From positions 1 to 18,089 of the forward strand of contig JANMQV010000023.1 in the NCBI GenBank assembly GCA_031370645.1: DNA of 18,089 nt, read 5' to 3'. Numbering within the stretch: the stretch's first letter is position 1; each line of letters opens with the position of its first letter. Origin of the DNA: Candidatus Eiseniibacteriota bacterium. Lineage in GTDB: Bacteria; Eisenbacteria; RBG-16-71-46; SZUA-252. The notes under the pieces were generated by a model, which worked only from the letters and a program-made list of their open reading frames with translations, did no database searches and was not told where the DNA came from. The translations under genes and the position numbers were made by a program. This document shows, in pieces, positions 1 to 7,894 of the stretch.

Positions 1-162
1 AAGAAGGAAAACGACGAAGACGTCGTGAACGAGGCGCGCGCCATTCGGGACGGTGGCGGATTCGGCTCGATCATCGGGCGGAATTCGTTCCAGCGGAAGA
101 AGCCGGAGGCCATCAAGCTCTTGAAGAGCATCATGGCGGTCTACACGGGCGAGGCGAAGTAG
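1..162 (+). CDS. fbaB: Class I (DhnA/FbaB-type) fructose-bisphosphate aldolase, 3' end only
   Basis: Frame +1 from base 1 reads KKENDEDVVNEARAIRDGGGFGSIIGRNSFQRKKPEAIKLLKSIMAVYTGEAK, with TAG at 160-162. The GGxGxIxGRNxFQR segment is typical of the class I FBP aldolase C-terminus. Not in the ORF track because it has no start in the window. Confidence 0.8.
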   Translation, partial: KKENDEDVVNEARAIRDGGGFGSIIGRNSFQRKKPEAIKLLKSIMAVYTGEAK

Positions 163-194
163 CGGCGATCGATCCCGGGACCGGCTACGAATTC

Positions 195-359
195 TCAGTG
201 CCCCGGTTGGGCTTGTTCCTTCGTGGGAGGGTGCTTCAGAAGCCATCCGCCGTAGAAATACCCCGCCACCCCGAGCGCTCCGCAGATCACGAGGACGGCG
301 ACGAGAATTCGCCGCAGGCGCGCCGGCGACGCCGGCCCCGCGTGCGTGGCGCCGTTCAA
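195..359 (-). CDS. Small single-pass membrane protein (54 aa), last gene of the act/cox operon
   Basis: TTG start (359-357) overlaps the ctaG stop (TTGA) and is preceded by AAGGAGG (370-364). Product MNGATHAGPASPARLRRILVAVLVICGALGVAGYFYGGWLLKHPPTKEQAQPGH has a basic patch followed by one hydrophobic helix. It is the C-terminal half of track ORF 195..530. Confidence 0.6.
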   Translation of the reverse strand: MNGATHAGPASPARLRRILVAVLVICGALGVAGYFYGGWLLKHPPTKEQAQPGH

Positions 360-928
360 TTCGCCTCCTTCGCGGGAACCGGGAGCCGAATCTTGGGATC
401 GCGCGGGAAGAGCGTGTAGGAGAGGACCACCTCGTGGACGTTCGCGGGCGTCCTCGGGGAGAGCGCGAAGTAGACCGGCAACGTCACGGTCTGGCGCGGA
501 GCGAGCGTCTGATCGTCGAAACAGAAACACTGCATGAGTTGGAATTCGCGCGCCGCCTCGACGGGGGCGATCGAGTGGACGGCCCGGAAGAAGACCGAGT
601 CGTCGCCCATGTTCGTGAACGTGTACATCAGATGCACCGGCTTTCCGATTCGCGCCGTGATGACGGGCTCCGAGGGCCCGAATCGCACCGGCAGCCCGCT
701 TCCCACCACCCCCATGAGCTTCACCTGCACGTCGCGCGACGCCATCGGCCCGGTCGCGCTCGACAGTCTCCAGTCCGGCTCCTTCGATCCCGCCTTCGCC
801 TGGCCCCCGACCCCGAACCGCTGGCAGAACATCTTGAAGAGCGGGACGTTCGCATAGGCGACCGAAAACATCACGAGTACTCCCGAGGCGAGGATGATTC
901 CAAGGAGCGCGTTGCTGGGGCGTTTCAC
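356..928 (-). CDS. ctaG: Cytochrome c oxidase assembly protein CtaG/COX11 (CuB copper chaperone)
   Basis: N-terminal TM followed by YANVPLFKMFCQ, the hallmark QCFCF motif, and C-terminal LSYTLF. GTG start. Confidence 0.92.
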   Translation of the reverse strand: MKRPSNALLGIILASGVLVMFSVAYANVPLFKMFCQRFGVGGQAKAGSKEPDWRLSSATGPMASRDVQVKLMGVVGSGLPVRFGPSEPVITARIGKPVHLMYTFTNMGDDSVFFRAVHSIAPVEAAREFQLMQCFCFDDQTLAPRQTVTLPVYFALSPRTPANVHEVVLSYTLFPRDPKIRLPVPAKEAN

Positions 929-934
929 GGCGGC

Positions 935-1825
935 CTACGAGAGGAACGGACCGAGCGGCACGTGCCAGATGGCGTCGGCGATCATTCCGAGGAAGAGGGC
1001 GAAGAGGTAGACGATCGAATAGCCGAAGACGTCCCAGGCCCGCTCCACGCTGGCCGCGCGGCGCGCCTGGATCGCTTTCCAGACGAAGAGGCCGCTCAGC
1101 GGAAGCGCGATCGCGGCGAGCACCACGCCGCCGGCGTCTAGGAACGGCATGGCGACCGTGAGAATGGCGAGCGCAACGCTGTACCAGACGATTTGCCGGA
1201 AGGTCTCTGGGTTCCCCTTCACGATCGGAAGCATCGGAATGCCGACCTTCCGGTAGTCCTCTCCAATACAGACCGCCAGCGCCCAGAAGTGGGGGGGCGT
1301 CCAGAGGAAGATCACGAGGAACATGAGGATCGGCGGAAGGGCGAGCGTTCCCGCCGCGGCGGCCCAGGCGATGACCGGCCCCATGGCTCCGGCCGCTCCC
1401 CCAATGACGATGTTGTGCACCGTGCGCGGCTTGAGCCAGAGCGTATAGAAGAAGCCATAGAAGACGATCGTGCCGAGCGCGAGCGACGCCGCGAGGAGAT
1501 TCGAAACGACGGCGAGGAGAATCGTGGCCACGACGCCGATGCCGATCGCGAAATAGAGCGCGCTTCGGGCCTTCAAGCGGTGGAGCGGGAGCGGCCGGCG
1601 TGTCCGGGTGCGCTCCATGCGCGCGTCGAGATCGCGCTCGAAGTACTGATTGAACGCGTTGGCGGACCCGGCGGTGAGCGTGATAGCCAGAAGCACGAGA
1701 GCGAGGCGCCAGCCCTGGTGGAGCAACGATCCTTCCACCACGACGCCCGCCACCGCCGTCACGATGACGAGGGCGACGATGCGCGGCTTCATCAGCTCGA
1801 TGTAATCACGCACGGGCAAGCTCAT
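935..1825 (-). CDS. ctaB: Protoheme IX farnesyltransferase (heme O synthase)
   Basis: LMKPRI, NQYFERDLDARMERTRTRRPLP, YTLWLKPRT, GGAAGA, FLWTPPHFWALA, DYRKVGIPMLP: all CyoE/COX10 signatures. Confidence 0.96.
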   Translation of the reverse strand: MSLPVRDYIELMKPRIVALVIVTAVAGVVVEGSLLHQGWRLALVLLAITLTAGSANAFNQYFERDLDARMERTRTRRPLPLHRLKARSALYFAIGIGVVATILLAVVSNLLAASLALGTIVFYGFFYTLWLKPRTVHNIVIGGAAGAMGPVIAWAAAAGTLALPPILMFLVIFLWTPPHFWALAVCIGEDYRKVGIPMLPIVKGNPETFRQIVWYSVALAILTVAMPFLDAGGVVLAAIALPLSGLFVWKAIQARRAASVERAWDVFGYSIVYLFALFLGMIADAIWHVPLGPFLS

Positions 1826-2696
1826 GGCTGGCGATGCGGAGGCTCCCGAAGAGGATCAATGCGGTTCCGAGATGGGCAGCGCTCACCGGCAAGGGCAGCC
1901 GAAGGAGCACGTTCCCCACCCCAAGGGTGAACTGCAATCCGAGGAGTATACCCGAGATTCGGAGAATCCAGCGCGACTTGCTCGGGAGCGGAACCGACAC
2001 CGATCGGACGAGAAGCGCGAGGATCACGAGCGTCACCAAATAGGCGCCCAGCCGGTGCGCGTAGTGAATGCCGATCAGCCCATTCATCGGCGGGAGCCAC
2101 GACCCGTGGCAGGTCGGGAAGTCGGGGCATGCGAGCGCCGCTCCGGAGGAAGAGACCCATCCCCCGAGCGCTACCTGCCCCAAGACGAGAAGCGACGCGA
2201 GTCCCGCCCACCGCGAGAGCCCTCGGGCTGCTCCGGAAGCGGATCGCGGCCGCCCCTCGGGGCCGTCCTGCACGCGGAGCGTGATTCCAAGAAGGAGCGC
2301 GAAGAAAAGGAACGCGAGGAGGAGGTGGGTCACCACGCGGTCGATCGGCAATTCCTCCAACACGACCCGTCCCCCGATGAAAATCTGAAGTCCGAGGACT
2401 AGGAGCGCCGCCGCCATCCATCCCCCAAGCCGGGGCCGCCAGACGGGGCTCCGGAAGAGAAGGAACGCGATGACGGCCGTGAGGAGCCCCACGGTGCCGG
2501 CCAGAGCCCGATGCGTGTACTCGATGAGAACGTTTGGGTGCGGGCGCGGGAGGAGCCTCCCTTCCGCGAGCGGCCAGTCGGGGATGGCGAGCCCCGAACC
2601 GCTCAGGCGCACCACTCCCCCCCAGACGACGAGGATGAAAAGGAGAACGAGCGTCGTGATCAGAAGCGAGGCGAGCGGCGAGCGGCGTTCGTTCAT
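1806..2696 (-). CDS. ctaA: Heme A synthase (COX15/CtaA family)
   Basis: GGVVRLSGSGLAIPDWP, EYTHR, second-half ACPDFPTC and HYAHR, two further helix His residues (VTH, AAH), about 8 hydrophobic helices. Overlaps ctaB by 20 nt. Confidence 0.92.
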   Translation of the reverse strand: MNERRSPLASLLITTLVLLFILVVWGGVVRLSGSGLAIPDWPLAEGRLLPRPHPNVLIEYTHRALAGTVGLLTAVIAFLLFRSPVWRPRLGGWMAAALLVLGLQIFIGGRVVLEELPIDRVVTHLLLAFLFFALLLGITLRVQDGPEGRPRSASGAARGLSRWAGLASLLVLGQVALGGWVSSSGAALACPDFPTCHGSWLPPMNGLIGIHYAHRLGAYLVTLVILALLVRSVSVPLPSKSRWILRISGILLGLQFTLGVGNVLLRLPLPVSAAHLGTALILFGSLRIASHELARA

Positions 2697-2733
2697 GCGC
2701 GTCTGCGGGGTCGTTCCTCGTGCGGCCGGATGA

Positions 2734-2753
2734 GGCCGCCCGAGCGGGCGGCC
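2734..2753 (-). other. GC-rich stem-loop between oxidase subunit I and ctaA (possible mRNA stabiliser or attenuator)
   Basis: GGCCGCCC-GAGC-GGGCGGCC is a perfect 8-bp stem with a 4-nt loop, 7 nt after the ctaD stop. No U-tract follows. Confidence 0.45.
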
Positions 2754-2760
2754 CTCTCCG

Positions 2761-4377
2761 TCAGCGAATGATCGGAAGCGTGGCGAAGTTCTCGGGCGGC
2801 GGCGGCGAGCTCACCGTCCACTCGAGCGTGCGGTTCACGTCGAGGTGTTCCCACGGATCGACGGGCGCCTTCCGCCCCTTCCAGAGGCTGAAGAGCATGT
2901 TCAGGACGAAGATCGTCATCGCGACGCCGAGGAGGTAGGCGCCCACGGTCGCCATCTGATTCCACGACGTGAACTCCGGCTTGTAGGTGTAGATCCGGCG
3001 CGGCATCCCGAGAATGCCCGCGAAGTGCATCGGCATGAACGTGAGATTCATTCCGATGAACGTGAGCCAGAAGTGCACCTTCCCCCACCCTTCGTGGTAC
3101 ATCCGGCCCGAGATCTTCGGGAACCAGTAGTAGATGGCGGCGAAGATCGACATGAGCGACCCGCCGAAGAGCACGTAATGGAGATGCGCCACGACGAAGT
3201 AGGTGTCGTGCACCTGCACGTCGAACGGCACGAGCGCGAGCCAGACGCCGGTGATCCCGCCCACGACGAAGAGCATGATGAAGCCGAGCGCAAAGAGCAT
3301 CGGCGTGCGGAGTCGGACCGAGCCTCCCCAGACGGTGGCGATCCAGGACCAGATCTTCACCCCCGTCGGGACCGCGATGACCATCGACGCGAACGAGAAG
3401 AAGAAACGGAGCCGGGGATCGATGCCGGACGCGAACATGTGATGTCCCCACACCATGAATCCGATCAACCCGATGCCCGCCGTGGAGAAGACGAGGCCCT
3501 TGTAGCCGAAGAGCCGCTTCGAGGAGAAGACAGGCAGGATCTGGGAAATCGCGCCCATGCCCGGAAGGACCATGATGTAGACGGCCGGGTGCGAATAGAA
3601 CCAGAAGAGGTGCTGCCAGAGAACCGGGTCGCCGCCCGCGGCGGGAACGAAGAACGACGTGCCGAAGAGGCGGTCGGTCAGGAGCATCGTCAGGGCGCCC
3701 GCCAGAACCGGCGTGGCGACGAGGATGATGCACTGGGTGATGAAGACCGCCCAGCAGAACATCGGGAGCTTCCACATCGTCATGCCGGGAGCGCGAAGGT
3801 TGGTGACCGTCACGACGAAGTTGATGCCGCCGAGGATCGAGGAGAGCCCGGCTAGGTGAAGTCCGAGAATCCAGAGATCGACACCCGGTCCCGGCGAATA
3901 CTGCACCGACGAGAGAGGCGGATACGACGTCCACCCGCCGGCGGCCGCTCCGCCCTGCAGGAACATGCTCGCGAGCATCATCAGTCCGGCCGGAATCAGG
4001 AGCCAGAAGGAGATGGCATTGAGCCGCGGGAATGCCATGTCGCGCGCGCCGATCTGAATCGGCACGACGTAGTTTCCGATTCCGGCCAGAATCGGGATCG
4101 TGAAGAAGAAGATCATGAACGTTCCGTGGAGCGACATGATCTGGTTGTAGACCTGAGGCGCCAGCACCTTGAGCCCCGGCGCGAAAAGCTGCGTGCGAAT
4201 GAGAAGGGCGAAGATGCCGGCGATGGCGAAGAAGAAGAAGGCGAGCCACATGTACATCACGCCGATCAGCTTGTGATCGGTCGTGAAGAGCCACTTCGCC
4301 AGCCCGCGACTCGGCTTCACGCCGACGGCCGGCGCTCCCGCGGCGTGATGGCCGCCCGCCAGGGTTCCCGCTTCCAT
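2761..4377 (-). CDS. ctaD: Cytochrome c oxidase subunit I, A2-type (aa3)
   Basis: TTDHKLIG, LHGTFMIFF, DMAFPRLN (D-channel), GWTSYPPLS, WFYSHPAVY (YS motif of the A2 subfamily), WGHHMF, PTGVK (K-channel), HDTYFVVAHLHY, MPRR. Confidence 0.98.
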   Translation of the reverse strand: MEAGTLAGGHHAAGAPAVGVKPSRGLAKWLFTTDHKLIGVMYMWLAFFFFAIAGIFALLIRTQLFAPGLKVLAPQVYNQIMSLHGTFMIFFFTIPILAGIGNYVVPIQIGARDMAFPRLNAISFWLLIPAGLMMLASMFLQGGAAAGGWTSYPPLSSVQYSPGPGVDLWILGLHLAGLSSILGGINFVVTVTNLRAPGMTMWKLPMFCWAVFITQCIILVATPVLAGALTMLLTDRLFGTSFFVPAAGGDPVLWQHLFWFYSHPAVYIMVLPGMGAISQILPVFSSKRLFGYKGLVFSTAGIGLIGFMVWGHHMFASGIDPRLRFFFSFASMVIAVPTGVKIWSWIATVWGGSVRLRTPMLFALGFIMLFVVGGITGVWLALVPFDVQVHDTYFVVAHLHYVLFGGSLMSIFAAIYYWFPKISGRMYHEGWGKVHFWLTFIGMNLTFMPMHFAGILGMPRRIYTYKPEFTSWNQMATVGAYLLGVAMTIFVLNMLFSLWKGRKAPVDPWEHLDVNRTLEWTVSSPPPPENFATLPIIR

Positions 4378-4381
4378 GGTC

Positions 4382-5095
4382 CTACGCTCCCTTCTTCTTC
4401 TGCTCGATCCAGCGGTCGAATTCTTCAGGCGTCACGACGTTGACGTTGATCATCATGTCGCCGTGCAGCACCCCGCAAAGCTCCGCGCATTGTCCGTGAA
4501 ACGAACCGGTCCGCTCCACCTGGAACCAGGTGTGGTTCACGCGCCCCGGATTGGCGTCCATCTTCACGCCGAATTGCGGCACGAACCAGGAGTGGACCAC
4601 GTCGATCGACGTCACGTCGGCCGCCACGATCTTCCCCTGCGGGATGACCAGCGCCTCGTTCGCGAAAACGACGCCGAGCTGCGGGTAGCGGTATTCCCAG
4701 AACCATTGGTGCCCGATGATCTCGATCGTCAGGTCGGACTTGGGCACGGTTTCCATGTACTTGAGGGTCGTGAAGGTTGGGCCGGCTAGGATCACCATGG
4801 CGATCGCCGGAATGGCGGTCCAGACGAGCTCGAGCTTCACGTTCTCGTGGAACGTGGCAGCGGGCACGCCCGGCTTCGCGCGGAATCGGAGGACCAGGAC
4901 CAGCACCAGCCCCTCGGCGAGAATGAAGAACCCGCCCGTCACCCAGAGGGCCTTGAAGAAGAGCGAACGGACCTCGTGAGCCACCGGTGTCACGGGATCG
5001 AGGATCCACGCGGAGGCAGCACCTGCGGCGAGAAGCCCCGCGCCCACGGCGAGCGCGGCGGCGATGAATCGAAGGGACGGCCACGAACGGTTCAT
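4382..5095 (-). CDS. ctaC: Cytochrome c oxidase subunit II (CuA, no fused cytochrome c domain)
   Basis: Start placed at ATG 5095 (MNRSWPSLRF...), just after the upstream gene's stop, not at 5740. Signal peptide ending ASA, two TMs, LELVWTAIP, GHQWFWEYRY, DVVHSW, and CuA motif CAELCGVLHGDM. Confidence 0.96.
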   Translation of the reverse strand: MNRSWPSLRFIAAALAVGAGLLAAGAASAWILDPVTPVAHEVRSLFFKALWVTGGFFILAEGLVLVLVLRFRAKPGVPAATFHENVKLELVWTAIPAIAMVILAGPTFTTLKYMETVPKSDLTIEIIGHQWFWEYRYPQLGVVFANEALVIPQGKIVAADVTSIDVVHSWFVPQFGVKMDANPGRVNHTWFQVERTGSFHGQCAELCGVLHGDMMINVNVVTPEEFDRWIEQKKKGA

Positions 5096-5100
5096 GGGGC

Positions 5101-6096
5101 TCAGGAACTCCGGCCGCGGCTCGCTGCTTCCTGCCGCGCGCGCAAGGTCTGGGTGTAGGAGTAGAGCTCGCGGAGCGAGGCGCGAGAGAGATCGCCGTTC
5201 CCCGGCATCATCCTCCCAGGAAATCCCTGGAGGACGTGCCGGTCGAACGAGGCGGCATTGACGGCCCAATCGCCTCGCGAATCGCCGAGGCTCTCCGTAA
5301 CGACGTAGGCGTAGGGAGCGGATCCGAGCATGCGGACTCGAACTCCGCCCTGTCCGGCGCTTCCGTGACAGGAGGCGCAGCGCGCCGCGTACAGTCGCGC
5401 GCCTTCTCCCGTATCTTCGGCGGCCGGGGCCGTGACGGCGCCGACGGCGTGAGCCGGCTCCGTCATGAGCGCGAGCGCCTTTTCGATCGAAATCGTCGGG
5501 CCCGCGACGGGAGCCGCCGCGGCAGCGGTAGTACCTGTCGCCGCCCCGGGGGCCCCGATGCCGAGCCAATCGAGGTCCGCCTTCTGGTCGGCGGCGGGTG
5601 TCGCGTTCAGCGACCGGACGTAATGGGCCAGGGCGATCCGCTCCGGCATCGGGATGGCCTGGAAGGCCGCCATGGCGGTCCCGGGCGATCCCTCGGAGAG
5701 GGTGCGCGCGATTCGCGCGACGCCACGGCCGTACTTCCAACCCTGATCTGACGTGAAATTGCGCGGCTTCGGGTTAAGCGCCGCCGCGGCGGCCCCGTCG
5801 CCCCCGCCGCCGACACCGTGACAGCTGACGCAGTTGACGGAGAAGAGCGACTTCCCTTGCGCCACCAACTCGGGCGTGGAAGTGAGGAGCGTCCCGAGAT
5901 CGGCGCTCGCGGCGACCGCCGCCGGCGCCGCGCCGGCTGCCGGCTCGTGCCCCCCCTTGCCCGACGTGAAGCCGGCCACGTAGGCGAGCGTGCCGATGCC
6001 GCCCAGAATGACCGCGGTCACGATCACCTGCGCCCACGCGAGGTACGTGGGGAGCCTGTCGTCGCCGTGCGAATCGTGTTCGGGTGCGTGGCTCAT
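5101..6096 (-). CDS. Membrane-anchored diheme class I cytochrome c
   Basis: N-terminal TM (LAWAQVIVTAVILGGIGTLAYVAGF) and two CxxCH motifs (CVSCH, CASCH), each with a downstream candidate Met ligand (GSPGTAM, GFPGRMMP). Ala/Pro-rich linkers. ATGA overlap with the actF stop. Confidence 0.88.
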   Translation of the reverse strand: MSHAPEHDSHGDDRLPTYLAWAQVIVTAVILGGIGTLAYVAGFTSGKGGHEPAAGAAPAAVAASADLGTLLTSTPELVAQGKSLFSVNCVSCHGVGGGGDGAAAAALNPKPRNFTSDQGWKYGRGVARIARTLSEGSPGTAMAAFQAIPMPERIALAHYVRSLNATPAADQKADLDWLGIGAPGAATGTTAAAAAPVAGPTISIEKALALMTEPAHAVGAVTAPAAEDTGEGARLYAARCASCHGSAGQGGVRVRMLGSAPYAYVVTESLGDSRGDWAVNAASFDRHVLQGFPGRMMPGNGDLSRASLRELYSYTQTLRARQEAASRGRSS

Positions 6097-7313
6097 CCGT
6101 GGAACCTCACGCTCTTCTCGAAGAGTGGATCACCGTGCGCCGCGACCGGGTGGCGGGCCAGGAAGTTGAGGACCGTCCAGCCGAAGAGTCCGAAGAAACC
6201 GAGGGTGACGCCGAGCTCGGGCCAGCCGAGAACGATTCGCTCCGGAGAGAAGGCCGGGAGAATCACCCAGTAGAGATCGATCCAGTGGCCGATGAGAATC
6301 CCGCCGGCGACCGTCAGGAGAACCGTTTCGCTCTCCTTCGCCTTCTGATGCATGAGCGCGAAGAAAGGGATGGCGAACTTGAACGCCATGAGCGCGATTC
6401 CGAGTCCGCCCCACGCCGAGTAGGTGCGCGGGATGAACCACTCGATCTCTTCGGGAAGGTTCGCGTACCAGATCAGCATGAACTGGGAGAACGCGATGTA
6501 CATCCAGAAGACCGAGAAGGCGAACAGGAACTTGCCGAGGTCATGGTAGTGGATCTTGGTCACGACTCCCTGGAGCGCGCCCTGACGCCGGAGGAGGATG
6601 ACGACGATCGTCAGCGTGGCGAGACCCGCCTGCCAAAGTCCGGCGAAGCTGTAGACGCCGAACATGGTGCTGAACCAGAGCGGCTCGAGCGACATGAGGA
6701 GATCGAAGCTGATGACCGTGAGCGTGATGGCGAAGACCGGCACGAAGATGGCCGCCGCCTTGGTGCTCGACTGGGAGAGCCGGGGATCGCGCGTGTGATC
6801 CTGCCGCGTCGAATTTCGAACGAAGAACCAGCCGAAGAGCGACCAGATGGTGAGCGCTAGGATGGATCGAAGCGCGAAGGCCGATGGCGTCAGCCATCCC
6901 CCCTTCGTCAGGTGCTCCGCGTCGACGCCATGCGCCGGGACGCCGGGATTCGACCAGACGTAGAGGTGCTGGACGCCGAGCATGAGGACGAAGAAGAGGA
7001 GGAATGCCACCGGAAAGTACGAGGTGAACGATTCCGCGACGCGCCGGACGACCACGCTCCACGTCGCTCCCACGAGGTGTTGAATCGCCGTGAAGAGCGC
7101 GCCGAAGAGCGCCAAGCCGAGCGTGAAGAAATAGCCGAGCAGGAAGGCCGCGTAGGCGCGCGTGGGATCGCTTCGCACTTCCAGAAGGAACGCGGCGGCA
7201 CCGATCGCCATCAGGAGGGCGAACATCGCCTTCAGCCCCACCGGCGCGGTGATCGGGCCGACCTGGGCGCGAAGGGCGTCGGTCGAGCCGTGGGCGGCGG
7301 TCGCGTGATTCAT
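6093..7313 (-). CDS. actF: Alternative complex III subunit ActF (NrfD-like membrane subunit)
   Basis: Start placed at ATG 7313 (MNHATAAHG...), overlapping the actE stop (ATGA). WSVVVRRVAE, SFDLLMSLEPLWFSTMFG, HYHDLGKFLFAF, YIAFSQFMLIWYANLPEE. About 10 TMs. Confidence 0.93.
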   Translation of the reverse strand: MNHATAAHGSTDALRAQVGPITAPVGLKAMFALLMAIGAAAFLLEVRSDPTRAYAAFLLGYFFTLGLALFGALFTAIQHLVGATWSVVVRRVAESFTSYFPVAFLLFFVLMLGVQHLYVWSNPGVPAHGVDAEHLTKGGWLTPSAFALRSILALTIWSLFGWFFVRNSTRQDHTRDPRLSQSSTKAAAIFVPVFAITLTVISFDLLMSLEPLWFSTMFGVYSFAGLWQAGLATLTIVVILLRRQGALQGVVTKIHYHDLGKFLFAFSVFWMYIAFSQFMLIWYANLPEEIEWFIPRTYSAWGGLGIALMAFKFAIPFFALMHQKAKESETVLLTVAGGILIGHWIDLYWVILPAFSPERIVLGWPELGVTLGFFGLFGWTVLNFLARHPVAAHGDPLFEKSVRFHG

Positions 7314-7894
7314 TTCGTCACGTCCTGCGGGTTCGGATGCGCCGCGCGCTGCAACACGCGGACGTAATGGATGGCGGCCCAGCGATCCTCGGGGAGGATT
7401 TGGGACGCGTAGGAGGGCATCAGGTTCTGCCCGCGGGTGATGACGTGGAAGATCCGACCGTCGTTCCAATTCCGAACCTTGTCGGAGAAGAGCGCCGGCG
7501 GCATCGGGAACTTGGGCACGATGTAGCCCTGCCCGTCGCCCTTCGGTCCGTGGCAAACGACGCAGTACGTCATGTAGACGCGCTGCCCGCGACCCAGCAC
7601 TTCGGCCGTGCGCGGGAGCGGGTTCGTCAGCTCGGCCTGCGCCTGCGCGGTGTCGGCCTGCGCGTACGGATACGGCGTGTAATCGCGCGGAACGGTGCCC
7701 GGCACCGGAGGACGCATGACCGGTTCGCCCGCCCGGAGCGGATCCTCGTGCTGTGCCGCGAGGCGAGGCCCGTACGACATATCGGGCATGTACTCCAGCG
7801 TCGGCTGCGACTTGGTGGAGCAGCCGGTGGCGAGGAGCGCGGCGAGGAACGAGCCGGCGAGGAGGTGGCTCCCGAAGCGCGACACGTTACGCAC
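7310..7894 (-). CDS. actE: Alternative complex III subunit ActE (monoheme cytochrome c lipoprotein)
   Basis: Lipobox-like LATG|C, YMPDM, PVPGTVPR, CVVCH, DGRIFHVITRG..LMPSY, DRWAAIHYVRVLQ. Lies between actD and actF. Confidence 0.92.
   Translation of the reverse strand: MRNVSRFGSHLLAGSFLAALLATGCSTKSQPTLEYMPDMSYGPRLAAQHEDPLRAGEPVMRPPVPGTVPRDYTPYPYAQADTAQAQAELTNPLPRTAEVLGRGQRVYMTYCVVCHGPKGDGQGYIVPKFPMPPALFSDKVRNWNDGRIFHVITRGQNLMPSYASQILPEDRWAAIHYVRVLQRAAHPNPQDVTK

Noticed and set aside
163..194. Expected bidirectional terminator between convergent fbaB and the small ORF
   Set aside because: Only short palindromes (CGATCG, TCCCGGGA), no stable stem with a U-tract.
2693..4294. 533-aa alternate-frame ORF inside ctaD whose stop overlaps the ctaA start
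   Set aside because: Arg-rich out-of-frame translation of ctaD with no family features; the stop overlap is most likely coincidental.
5096..5740. N-terminal extension of CtaC in the ORF track, suggesting a fusion
   Set aside because: It overlaps the diheme cytochrome gene in another frame; a proper signal peptide starts at ATG 5095.
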